Positions 18,878-27,983 of a stretch of DNA of 64,000 nt are shown here, piece by piece (the stretch's first letter is position 1; each line of letters begins with the position of its first letter). The stretch lies in assembly GCA_039208735.1 (NCBI GenBank), contig JBCCQY010000028.1, positions 10,595 to 74,594 on the forward strand. Direction: 5' to 3'. This DNA is from Myxococcota bacterium (GTDB lineage: Bacteria > Myxococcota_A > UBA796 > GCA-2862545). The position numbers and the translations under genes are program-made. The notes beneath the pieces are model-generated. The model saw only the letters and a program-made list of their open reading frames with translations, had not been told where the DNA came from and ran no database searches.

Positions 18878-20059
18878 ATGGATGCGACGCCGAGGCGGCG
18901 AGCCGTCCCCATCGAGGTCCCGTCCCCTCGCTACGTCGTGTGGGAACTCACGCTGCGCTGTGACCTCGCTTGTCGCCATTGTGGGTCTCGCGCCGGAGGA
19001 GCCCGTGAACGCGAACTCTCCCTGGCCGAGTGCCGCGACGTGGTCGACGAGCTGGTCGCCCTCGGTACGCGCGAAGTCGTGTTCATCGGGGGAGAGGCGT
19101 ATCTGCACCCTCACTGGCTCGGGGTGGTTGAACATGCCGCGGCACAGGGCCTCCGTTGTCTAATGACGACCGGCGGACGCCGATTCACGCCCGCGCTTGC
19201 CGAACGTGCGGCCGCGGCCGGTTTGGCCCAGATCAGCGTCTCCATCGACGGATTAGAGGCGACACACGACCATCTTCGGGCGATTCCGGGTAGCTTTCAG
19301 GCCGCGCTCGACACCCTCCGAAACGCGCGGGCGGCGGGAATTGGCATTACCGCCAACACCCAATTCAATCGGCTGAATCTGCCCGAACTCGAAGAGCTCG
19401 CCGACGTTCTGCTCGATGCCGGTGTTGAAGCGTGGCAAACCCAGATCACAGGTCCTATGGGACGCGCCGCGGACGGTCGGGACTGGCTTTTGCAGCCCTA
19501 TGACCTGTTGGACCTCGTGCCTCGCCTGGCCGCGGTCGCACGACGCGCCAAGGACCGGGGCTGTCGGATTGTGGCCGGAAACAACCTTGGCTATTTCGGA
19601 CCTTACGAGTCGGACCTTCGCGCAGGTGGCTACTTTCAGGGCTGCGTGGCCGGGCGCTACGTGCTGGGTATCGAGTCGAACGGCGACATCAAAGGGTGTC
19701 CCTCCCTTCCGAGTGCGCCGTATGTCGGAGGCAACGTCCGCCACCGACCCCTCGCCCAGATCTGGGCCGAGTCCGAACGACTTTCCTTCACTCGGGACAA
19801 TCGAAAATCCGAGCTGTGGGGCCACTGTGCGACGTGCCACTACGCCGAGGTCTGCCAAGGCGGCTGCAGTTGGACCGCCCATACCTTGCTGGGGCGTCGC
19901 GGAAACATGCCGTACTGCTACCACCGCGCTGAGCAACTGAAGGCACGCGGCCTTCGCGAACGCGTCCGTCAGGTGGAACGCAGCGAACGGCGACCTTTTG
20001 ATTTTGGACGCTTCGAGCTTTGTGAAGAGCCATGGGAGGATGGACATGTGGAAGTGTGA
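18878..20059 (+). CDS. Radical SAM/SPASM peptide or protein maturase (PlpX/GDL-associated, splicease-like)
   Basis: VWELTLRCDLACRHCGSRAG (CxxxCxxC), IGGE, SPASM C.AG...NGDIKGCPSL...CxxCx5CxxxC; GGAGG RBS before ATG 18878. Confidence 0.85.
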   Translation: MDATPRRRAVPIEVPSPRYVVWELTLRCDLACRHCGSRAGGARERELSLAECRDVVDELVALGTREVVFIGGEAYLHPHWLGVVEHAAAQGLRCLMTTGGRRFTPALAERAAAAGLAQISVSIDGLEATHDHLRAIPGSFQAALDTLRNARAAGIGITANTQFNRLNLPELEELADVLLDAGVEAWQTQITGPMGRAADGRDWLLQPYDLLDLVPRLAAVARRAKDRGCRIVAGNNLGYFGPYESDLRAGGYFQGCVAGRYVLGIESNGDIKGCPSLPSAPYVGGNVRHRPLAQIWAESERLSFTRDNRKSELWGHCATCHYAEVCQGGCSWTAHTLLGRRGNMPYCYHRAEQLKARGLRERVRQVERSERRPFDFGRFELCEEPWEDGHVEV

Positions 20060-20804
20060 GACGTGTGAGCGGCATGTGCTGCCGGTGGTGCAGGTGTGCC
20101 CCTTCTGCACGACGCTGCGGGTCGCAAGTTGGTCTACCGCAGTCGTGACGCCGATCGTGCTGTCCGCGTGCTACGGCGCCCCCCCGTGCGCCGACGACCA
20201 AGTGACCGACCAGGACAACGATGGCTTCGTCGTGCCGCTCCCCAACCAAGCCTGTTGGCCGGCTGGTGAACCCGACTGCGACGATACCGACGCCACCGTG
20301 AATCCTGGCGCAGCAGAGATCTGCGGCGACGGCATCGACAACAACTGCGATGGCATCGAAGCCGACCCCTCTCAAATCGAAGTCTGCAATGGGCTGGACG
20401 ACGACTGCGATGGAGACATCGATGAAGACGACGCCTGCAACTTCAGCGACACGGGGACCGACACCGGCCCGGATGGCCCCTCCACCGCGGCGGCCTCCAT
20501 CTCCATCGACTGGTCGAACGGCCTCACCACGTGCAGCGATGCGGGGGTTCAAACACTGACCATCGCCCTCCGTACGCAGGTCGATCAGCCGGCTTCCGTA
20601 AGCCAGGACGTCGCCTGTGCCGAGACGGTGATCGTGGAAGGGCTGCCCGAAGGAGCGTGGCTCATCGATGCCAAGGGTGAAGCGACCGATGGCCTGCGAA
20701 CGTGGCAGAGCGCCTCACGAGTCATCAGCCTGACGCCCGACGAAACCGAATCTACGGGCCTCGAACTGACCTGCAGCGCCGAGGACCCCACCCACTGCGG
20801 GTGA
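20046..20804 (+). CDS. Putative rSAM substrate lipoprotein (CxxC-RH-CPFC leader, LSAC-YG motif, MopE-like repeats)
   Basis: MWKCETCERHVLPVVQVCPFC..., LSACYGAPP, DCDD...PGAAEICGDGIDNNCDG; overlaps the rSAM stop; GGGAGGA RBS. Confidence 0.75.
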   Translation: MWKCETCERHVLPVVQVCPFCTTLRVASWSTAVVTPIVLSACYGAPPCADDQVTDQDNDGFVVPLPNQACWPAGEPDCDDTDATVNPGAAEICGDGIDNNCDGIEADPSQIEVCNGLDDDCDGDIDEDDACNFSDTGTDTGPDGPSTAAASISIDWSNGLTTCSDAGVQTLTIALRTQVDQPASVSQDVACAETVIVEGLPEGAWLIDAKGEATDGLRTWQSASRVISLTPDETESTGLELTCSAEDPTHCG

Positions 20805-20934
20805 AACGCTGGCCCCCGCCGGGTGAACCCCAGATGAAATCCAGCATCTCGGCCCCAAATTCGCGATCGATGGGGCCGGGATTCAGCTTGCTCACGGGCC
20901 CTCCTCCTCCATAGGCAGAGGCTACGGAGGAACC

Positions 20935-21459
20935 ATGTGGATGCTGTTGTGGAGCGCGCTCGGCTGTGGACTGGCGACGTCCCAAGATCTCTGGCTTGAC
21001 GTTCAGATCAAGGAGTCCCCCCAAATCGACGTTCACCTTCCGGCGAACTGGATGCTCGACGCAGAAGAGCCGCTCACCATCGAGACCCCAGACGGCTCCA
21101 TCGACCTTCGGGACGAAGCGCGGCAGCTCAACCAGAGTCCGGTCCGAGGGTCCCGGTCCTGGACGCTCGATGAACGCACAAAGCTCACCCTCCGCGAATT
21201 GAAGCCCGGAAAGGCCAAGGCGGAACGCATTCGCGTGGGTGCCTCGGGCCCTCGTGGCTTCGGGCTGGGCATTGGTGTGCCCCTCAACCCCAACAAACTC
21301 GGTCCGGTCCGCACCGCGTTCGATGCCAACCTGGACGTTCATGGGCTCGAGGTGGACTACGGCACTGCGTTTTGCGAACAGCTCGCGCGTTCGGCGCCCA
21401 CCACCCTGTTGAAGGTCACGGGTGGCAAGGGGGGCGGCTTCACCGTGGCCACCGAGTAG
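20935..21459 (+). CDS. Hypothetical lipoprotein
   Basis: Lipobox ALGC; GGAGG RBS. Confidence 0.6.
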   Translation: MWMLLWSALGCGLATSQDLWLDVQIKESPQIDVHLPANWMLDAEEPLTIETPDGSIDLRDEARQLNQSPVRGSRSWTLDERTKLTLRELKPGKAKAERIRVGASGPRGFGLGIGVPLNPNKLGPVRTAFDANLDVHGLEVDYGTAFCEQLARSAPTTLLKVTGGKGGGFTVATE

Positions 21460-21537
21460 CCATCGCGAAGGGGCCACGAAGGAACCACGAAGCGGCCGGT
21501 CCGACGCAGCGCTTATCCCTCTGACATTGGAGGGAAC

Positions 21538-22359
21538 ATGAAAACCGCTCGACTCGCTACGGTTGTTCCGCTGGCCTTATTCGCGAACGCCTGCACCACG
21601 CAGGCGGTCGATGACACCATCAACTTCTCGTTCGACATCGAAATCGAGGACGTCGATTTCAACTGTGTTGAAAACGACAGTGACGTCATCGAAGACAAGG
21701 AACGGTCCATTGGCTTCACCACCACAAGCAACTACGCCTCGTTGGAATGGTGCAGGGTCGGAGGCTACTATCGAGGACCCGTCCTGAGCTTCCAGGAACT
21801 GAACGACTCGATTCCGGGGGGCGTGCGCGAGTTCCTGTGGACGGACGTGAACGTCGTGCTCAACAGCTTCGACGTGAACATCTCCAACGTCGACACCGTC
21901 GTTCAGGGTTCGTACTTCCTGATGGGCGCCGAAACGGGCACGGAATCCGACATCCCCACCATCGAAAACGATGAATACGGCTACGACGGAGGCCTTGCCA
22001 TTCCAAGCCGCCTCGCCGTCCGGTCCCGCGACGGCGCCGCAGGCACCTTGTTCGCCGCCTACACCCCGAATGCCGGTCTTTCCAAGCCCATTGCGTTGGA
22101 CACCTTGGTCTCGCTGGTCGGGGGCCAGCTCACCACCGAAGTGGCGGATTCGCGCAACCTCGCCGACGTCTTCAACGCGGCCTACGCAAGCGGCGATGAA
22201 GATCTGTACGTGTTTGGGTCAGGCGTACTCGAAGTCCCCAAGACCTCGCTTCCCAAGACGCCAGGCGACATCACGATTGGGGTGGACATGACCCTCGAGT
22301 ACCAGGCCAACGCCAAGATCAACCTGATCGGCGCGGCGCAGTCCCTCAACGACGAGTAG
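21538..22359 (+). CDS. Hypothetical lipoprotein
   Basis: Lipobox ANAC; acidic beta-rich body; GGAGG RBS. Confidence 0.65.
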   Translation: MKTARLATVVPLALFANACTTQAVDDTINFSFDIEIEDVDFNCVENDSDVIEDKERSIGFTTTSNYASLEWCRVGGYYRGPVLSFQELNDSIPGGVREFLWTDVNVVLNSFDVNISNVDTVVQGSYFLMGAETGTESDIPTIENDEYGYDGGLAIPSRLAVRSRDGAAGTLFAAYTPNAGLSKPIALDTLVSLVGGQLTTEVADSRNLADVFNAAYASGDEDLYVFGSGVLEVPKTSLPKTPGDITIGVDMTLEYQANAKINLIGAAQSLNDE

Positions 22360-22404
22360 CGAGGCCCCCGGCTCGGTTACAGCCTCACGACCACGGAGGT
22401 CACG

Positions 22405-22887
22405 ATGGATCTAATCGAGCAGCTTGCCAGCACCCTCGGCGTTGACGCAAAGGCCGCACAGGCGGTCGCCGGGGCAGTCCTCGGCGCCACCCGCGAGCAG
22501 GTTCCCGATGAGGAGACCGCCAAGCTCGACGAGGCGGTGCCCGAGATTGGAGATTGGTCGTCCACCGCTGAAGAGATGCTGAAGGCTGCCTCGGGTGACG
22601 GGGGCGGCGGCCTGTTTGGCACGCTTGCACGCATGGCGGGCACCGGGGCAGGCAACGAAATCCTTGGCGCGGTACTCGGCGAAGAAGCCCAAGATACCGC
22701 ACAGATCGTGGCGCTCTTTCAGTCGCTGGGACTCAAGACGGAGCATGCCAGCATGGCCGCTCCCGTCGTGCTCGACTTCCTCGTCGACCGAGTGGGCAAG
22801 GAGTGGACCGACCGCATCCTCGACGGAGCCCCCATGCTCATGAAGTTCGTCCAGTCGCAGACCACGGATCAGCCTGACAACGGGTGA
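22405..22887 (+). CDS. DUF2780/VcgC-like protein
   Basis: MDLIEQLASTLGV..AQAVAG..L, AVP, FQSLGL and PVVLDF pattern. Confidence 0.55.
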   Translation: MDLIEQLASTLGVDAKAAQAVAGAVLGATREQVPDEETAKLDEAVPEIGDWSSTAEEMLKAASGDGGGGLFGTLARMAGTGAGNEILGAVLGEEAQDTAQIVALFQSLGLKTEHASMAAPVVLDFLVDRVGKEWTDRILDGAPMLMKFVQSQTTDQPDNG

Positions 22888-23729
22888 GCCCGAAACCACT
22901 CGACCAGGTAGTCCACAAACGCGCGTAGCTTCCGAGGCAGGGGGCGGAGCGGCGGGTACATCGCAAAGACGGCGAAGGCCTGCTCCGTGTCAGCGGGACC
23001 GGTGCGTACCAGCCTTCCTTCGAGTACATCGGTCCTCGCCAAAAACTCTGGCAGAAACCCTAGCCCCAACCCTTGACGCACCATGGCCCGCACGACCAGC
23101 ATGTCATCGGTCCGAAACACGGTGGTGCCGTCTTCGGGCGAAGGTCCTACCCACCGGATGAAGGCGTGCGAGGACGCCTCGTCGGAGCGCCGGAATCGGC
23201 CGAACCGCTGCAGATAGCCAGGTGTCGCGTACAGACCGCCGGAAGCGGAAGCCAAGCGACGGGCCCGAAGCGGGGAATCCGGGAGCGGCTCGAGGGTGAC
23301 CCGCAAGGCCACATCGAGGCCCTCGGCCACCAAATCGTGCGACTGACTCGACGCATGAACCACCAGCGACACTCGCGGATACCGCCTTGCAAAGCCGGCG
23401 AAGGCTTCCGCACAGGCCTCGATGGCCAAGTCGTGCGGCACCGTCACGCGGAGTTCGCCGGTGGGCTCATCCCGTTGCTCGGGAACCTCCACGATGGCTC
23501 GGTCGATGGCGGCGAGCGGCGCCGCCACCCGGGCATAAAAGGCTTCTCCCGCACTCGAGAGGACCACCCGGCGCGTGGTCCGGTGCAAAAGTTGCACCCC
23601 GAGTTGCTCCTCGAGCTTGGCGACCCGACGGCTCACCGACGATCGGGGCAAGCCCAAAGACGCGGAAGCAGCAGTAAATCCACCACGATCCGCTACCTCT
23701 ACGAAGACGCGCACCAACTCGAGATCCAT
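22869..23729 (-). CDS. LysR family transcriptional regulator
   Basis: HTH: FVEVADRGGFTAA...SVSRRV..LE..LGVQLLHRTTR; divergent from the dioxygenase. Confidence 0.92.
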   Translation of the reverse strand: MDLELVRVFVEVADRGGFTAASASLGLPRSSVSRRVAKLEEQLGVQLLHRTTRRVVLSSAGEAFYARVAAPLAAIDRAIVEVPEQRDEPTGELRVTVPHDLAIEACAEAFAGFARRYPRVSLVVHASSQSHDLVAEGLDVALRVTLEPLPDSPLRARRLASASGGLYATPGYLQRFGRFRRSDEASSHAFIRWVGPSPEDGTTVFRTDDMLVVRAMVRQGLGLGFLPEFLARTDVLEGRLVRTGPADTEQAFAVFAMYPPLRPLPRKLRAFVDYLVEWFRAHPLSG

Positions 23730-23819
23730 TCGTGCTTCCACGGCACGAGTCCTGTAGCAACTGCAGCTCTGGTGCCCTGTCAACACGATGCTAGATCAAG
23801 GACCTGACTTGGAGGCCCC

Positions 23820-24626
23820 GTGTCTGCTCCCACCCGCATGCCGGTCGTGTTCCTGCCCCACGGCGGAGGTCCCTACTCCTACGTCGATTTGGGCCGACCG
23901 AAGGAGGAGGTCGACGCGCTCGCCGGCTACTGGCGAACGATTGGCCCTTCATTGCCCCAGCCCCCACGTGCAGCCCTCGTTGTCTCCGCGCATTGGGAGC
24001 AGCCTGTTCCCACCGTGATGACCTCGCCGAAGCCACCTCTGCTGTTCGACTACTACGGCTTTCCGCCGGCTTCGTACGAGCTGTCCTGGCCCGCACCGGG
24101 GTCTGCCGACCTCGCTCAGCGGGTTCAGGAACTGCTCCGTGCGGCCGACATCCCGAGCGCAACCGACGCCGCGCGCGGCTTTGACCACGGCACGTTCGTT
24201 CCGATGGGTCGCGTGTTTCCTCAGGCGGACGTGCCCACGATCCAGCTCTCGCTGCGCGAAAGCCTCGACCCTGCCGAGCACTTGGCGTTGGGTAAGGCCC
24301 TCACCCCGTTGCGGGATGAGGGCGTTCTCATCGTGGGCAGCGGCATGAGCTACCACAACATGCGCGGCTTCTTCAAAGGCGAAGGATCGAGCGCAGATGC
24401 CCGATTCGATGCCTGGCTACACGAAACGGTTCGGGCCGACCGCGCCACTAGAGATGCCGCACTCCTGAACTGGGCCCACGCGCCCGCTGCGCGCGAGGCG
24501 CATCCCCGTGAGGAACACCTTCTGCCACTCATGGTCGTCGCGGGAGCGGCCGGTGATGACGCAGCAAACGTGCCGTTCCACGGGCGCGTGTTCGGCAAAC
24601 TCGTATCGGCGGTTCATTTCGGCTGA
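23820..24626 (+). CDS. DODA/YgiD-type extradiol dioxygenase (LigB family)
   Basis: HGGGP, SAHWE, YYGFP, RGFDHG, GSGMSYHN and HPREEHLLP motifs. Confidence 0.9.
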   Translation: MSAPTRMPVVFLPHGGGPYSYVDLGRPKEEVDALAGYWRTIGPSLPQPPRAALVVSAHWEQPVPTVMTSPKPPLLFDYYGFPPASYELSWPAPGSADLAQRVQELLRAADIPSATDAARGFDHGTFVPMGRVFPQADVPTIQLSLRESLDPAEHLALGKALTPLRDEGVLIVGSGMSYHNMRGFFKGEGSSADARFDAWLHETVRADRATRDAALLNWAHAPAAREAHPREEHLLPLMVVAGAAGDDAANVPFHGRVFGKLVSAVHFG

Positions 24627-24640
24627 CGTACAATCCACCC

Positions 24641-25360
24641 ATGGTGGACATCGACACAGTCCTGTGGGACACCCTAGAAGACCGGCGCCTGTCGCGTAGC
24701 GAGCGACGTGCGCTCACCGAGTTGCTGGCGGACCAGCGACCTTCTGAGCTAGCCCTGTGGCGCCACCGCGCCTTCGAGCAAGCCCGCCGTGTCCTCGAGC
24801 TGGGTCAGCCGTCGGCCAACGAGGTCCGACAGGTGGTGGACTGGCTCGAGGAGGTCATTCGAACCATTGCCCACGCCGAACGGCCCCCCGAATCGCCGCG
24901 CATGGCGGAGTCGTTCTTCAGCCCCGGCAAGCGGCCGCTTCACCGCATCACGGGGCTCCTCGAAGCCTCCACCAGTGCCGTCGACATCTGTGTGTTCACG
25001 ATCACCGATGACCGCATCGCGGATGTCATCGTCGATACCCACCAGCGTGGGGTCGCGGTCCGCGTGGTCTCGGACGGGCGCAAGGCGGCGGACCTGGGGT
25101 CGGACGTATGCGACCTGCGAAGCATGGGCATCGAGGTCCGTATGGACCATTCTGAGGCCCACATGCACCACAAGTTCGCCGTGTTCGACGACCGGGTGTT
25201 GCTCACAGGGTCCTACAATTGGACGCGCGCCGCAGCTCGGGAAAACCAAGAGAACGTCTTGGTCACCGATGACTGGCGGCTCACCGAGGCCTACCGGGTG
25301 GAGTTCGAGCGGTTGTGGCGGAGCCTCGAAGGCACCGAGACCGACATCTGCCCGACGTAG
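24641..25360 (+). CDS. PLD-family nuclease/phospholipase (single HKD, Nuc/Zucchini-like)
   Basis: HMHHKFAVFD...TGSYNWT..A..N.EN plus an N-terminal helical domain. Confidence 0.85.
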   Translation: MVDIDTVLWDTLEDRRLSRSERRALTELLADQRPSELALWRHRAFEQARRVLELGQPSANEVRQVVDWLEEVIRTIAHAERPPESPRMAESFFSPGKRPLHRITGLLEASTSAVDICVFTITDDRIADVIVDTHQRGVAVRVVSDGRKAADLGSDVCDLRSMGIEVRMDHSEAHMHHKFAVFDDRVLLTGSYNWTRAAARENQENVLVTDDWRLTEAYRVEFERLWRSLEGTETDICPT

Positions 25361-26317
25361 TCAGGTGACTTCCACTTGGCGGACCCGCAAACGCACAAAG
25401 CCCCTGCGCTTTTCGAGGCACCAAGGGTCGAGACTCGCCCCCCGGAGCTCGGCGCGGATGTTGTGGAGCAACGCCTTGAGTTTGCGCGGTCCCTCATGGC
25501 GCGCCGAGCGACCCCACACGGCCACCCGCACCGACTCGTTGGAACGCCAACCGGGGTCCGTGACCCGCTTGTTGAAGTCGTCGCGCAAGGCTTCGGCGAG
25601 GAAGTAGATCATCGCCACCCGATTGTCAGCGGTCAACGTATGCGATCGACCGGTATCGAGGCAGCGAAAGCGTGCCCAAGGCCCTCGGTCGGGGTCGAAG
25701 GCCGTCTCCACCACGTAGGGATGGCTCGTGTCCTCGTCGGTAGCGGTGGGCAACCAGCCCGCTTCCGCCTCAACAAGACGCAGCTCCACGCCTCCGATGG
25801 TGAACGTCTCCCCAGGCTTGAGGGGCTGGTCTTCATCGTTGATGCCGAGCCAGACTTCGCCGTCAGGATGCGCGATCAGCACCCCTGACACGCCCGACCC
25901 TTCGGGGATGCGTAGATCGGCGTTGGGGTCGTCGCCAATCAAGGTGTGCGATTGTCGTAGGGGAAAGCGAACGCCCGAGCTGACGTCTTCGACCGACATG
26001 GAGCGAAAGGTCTTGGGTTCTCGGGGATCCGCTACCTCAAAGGTGAGTTCCACCTCTTCGATCTGCAGCCTGGTTCCGATCTGCCACTCGGTAGGGTCGG
26101 TGATGGGCTGGCCGTCGAGGCGAGTGCCGTTGCGGCTTCCGAGGTCCTTCACGAAGACCTTGCCTTCGTTCTCCCATACGAGCGCGTGATTCCATGAAAC
26201 GCGATCGATGGTGAGAACAAGGTCGTTGTCGGGGCCCCGCCCGATAGCGACCTGGCCTTCGAGAGGGACTGCTTGCTTTGGCCCGGATGCGGGATGGACG
26301 AGGAGTTCAAGTGCCAT
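25361..26317 (-). CDS. FHA-domain protein with a second FHA-like domain and a C-terminal winged-helix-like region
   Basis: IGRG..NDL, VSWNHA and DLGSRNGT; second repeat IGDD..ADL; OmpR-like tail. Confidence 0.75.
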   Translation of the reverse strand: MALELLVHPASGPKQAVPLEGQVAIGRGPDNDLVLTIDRVSWNHALVWENEGKVFVKDLGSRNGTRLDGQPITDPTEWQIGTRLQIEEVELTFEVADPREPKTFRSMSVEDVSSGVRFPLRQSHTLIGDDPNADLRIPEGSGVSGVLIAHPDGEVWLGINDEDQPLKPGETFTIGGVELRLVEAEAGWLPTATDEDTSHPYVVETAFDPDRGPWARFRCLDTGRSHTLTADNRVAMIYFLAEALRDDFNKRVTDPGWRSNESVRVAVWGRSARHEGPRKLKALLHNIRAELRGASLDPWCLEKRRGFVRLRVRQVEVT

Positions 26318-26377
26318 ACGGCCAACGAATCGGATCGGGAAGTCGATTCCGATAGACCTGGGCGCAAATTTTTGCGT

Positions 26378-27676
26378 TCAGCGAGCCGTGGACAATGTCC
26401 ATCCCTGTGTGATGAGCGCAGGTGCATCCATCGCGCCCCACCGGTCGGTGTCATTGCAGACCTCGACCAGCTTGCCCAGCACCTCGGTGAGCTGTCCCGC
26501 GATGCGGACGTGCCGCATGGACCCCACCGCCTTGTTGGCCTCCATGACCTCGCCATGGACCACCAACGAGGCCTCTCCGGTCGCCAGATCCACGCCGGAG
26601 CAGTCCGGGAGATCGTCGACGCGAAACGAGGGACCTTGCAATTCGGCGAGCAACGCATTGACCGACCGCGTGCCGGACTTCAGCACCAGGTTGCTTGGAC
26701 CGAGTTCGCCATTCATGAGATGGCCCGAAGGTCGTACGGAATGGGTCCGTGCTTCGGCGACGGTCACGAACCGGCCGTCGAGGCGACCGTCCCGCAACAG
26801 CGTCAAGGCGACAGGCGAAACCCCTCGGTCATCGAAGGCCCGCGTCGTCAATCCACCGGCGAGCAGACCATCGTCCACCAGGTGGAGCCGAGGGTCCAAC
26901 GCTTGCCCTGGCGTGAGGAAGAACGCGCCCTCGGCGATGCGGGCGGCGGTGAAGCCGGGCCCGAGATGCGTGAACAACTGCGCCGTAGCTCGAGGGGTCA
27001 GCACGACCCGGACGGGACCCTCGGGCAGCCCTTCACCGGGCTGCCGTACCACCCGAGCCCGCCGCGCGAGAAACTCGCCCAAGGGCAGGGTAGCAACTGA
27101 CGAAAATCGCCGCGAGGCAATCCGCTCGTTCAAGACGAAGTCCCCGTCAGGTGCGGTCGCGGTCGCGCTGCCCTGCACCACGAAGCGCGTGCCTGTCTCT
27201 TGCAGCGCAACGCCCCGACTGCTGGCAAACCTGCGGGTCACCTGCTCATCGCGGTAGGAGAAGGAGCCAGGCTCGAGTTCATCGGCGGCGAGCACCGACT
27301 GTCGGGCCGACTTGAGCACATCGGCGCGATGCGTCTCGCTGATGTTGGCCCGACGCGGGTCGAAGATGCCTAGCCCACCGATTTCGCGATCCTGACGCTG
27401 GACCGGTCCATCTTGCGGCGGTCCCGACTCCGCGTTGGCCAGCGCACGCTCAACGACGGCATCGTAAGCATCGGGCGCCCCCGTTGCCGTTCCCGACCGG
27501 TCGCCATCCAACCAGACCTGGACCGTCAGGGCCTGCGAGGCGCCCGTGGAGTGGACGACCTCGTCACGCTCGAGGACCGCCGTATGCTCTTCGATCAAGG
27601 TGAGGCGTAGCTCTGCTCCCAGAACGCCGCGCGGGCGTAGGTCGGAAGCGCGGTTCGTCAGCTCGGTCAGCTCCAT
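26378..27676 (-). CDS. PmbA/TldE-family protein
   Basis: LVDDG, AFDDRGV, SGH and NLVL motifs; no HExxxH; start at ATG 27676. Confidence 0.75.
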   Translation of the reverse strand: MELTELTNRASDLRPRGVLGAELRLTLIEEHTAVLERDEVVHSTGASQALTVQVWLDGDRSGTATGAPDAYDAVVERALANAESGPPQDGPVQRQDREIGGLGIFDPRRANISETHRADVLKSARQSVLAADELEPGSFSYRDEQVTRRFASSRGVALQETGTRFVVQGSATATAPDGDFVLNERIASRRFSSVATLPLGEFLARRARVVRQPGEGLPEGPVRVVLTPRATAQLFTHLGPGFTAARIAEGAFFLTPGQALDPRLHLVDDGLLAGGLTTRAFDDRGVSPVALTLLRDGRLDGRFVTVAEARTHSVRPSGHLMNGELGPSNLVLKSGTRSVNALLAELQGPSFRVDDLPDCSGVDLATGEASLVVHGEVMEANKAVGSMRHVRIAGQLTEVLGKLVEVCNDTDRWGAMDAPALITQGWTLSTAR

Positions 27677-27983
27677 GGCTCCTCGGGGGTCTCGTCCCGA
27701 CGATAGCCGGCCCGTAGGCACGGCGTCGCGTTTCCAAGAATCCGATGGCCACGGGGGAGGCGCGGGCGCGCCGCGGAGCGTTGTTTTGCCCGCCCCCGAT
27801 CCTGATGCGAGTTCTCTCGCGGAGCAATCCGCCACTATACCAGATCCTAGCAAGCCCGGTCAGCCCTCGACCCTCTGGAAACGAGACGACCGACAACTTC
27901 CCAGGGACTTTCGCCCTCTGCTAAAGGGGGGGCGCGGGGCATCCCCACCCTCCGGGGATCCCGACCGTTGACAGGAGCGTGTT

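Noticed and set aside
24641..25360. PLD nuclease as part of a defence system
   Set aside because: No helicase, methylase or other defence genes are adjacent; stand-alone single-HKD proteins are common.
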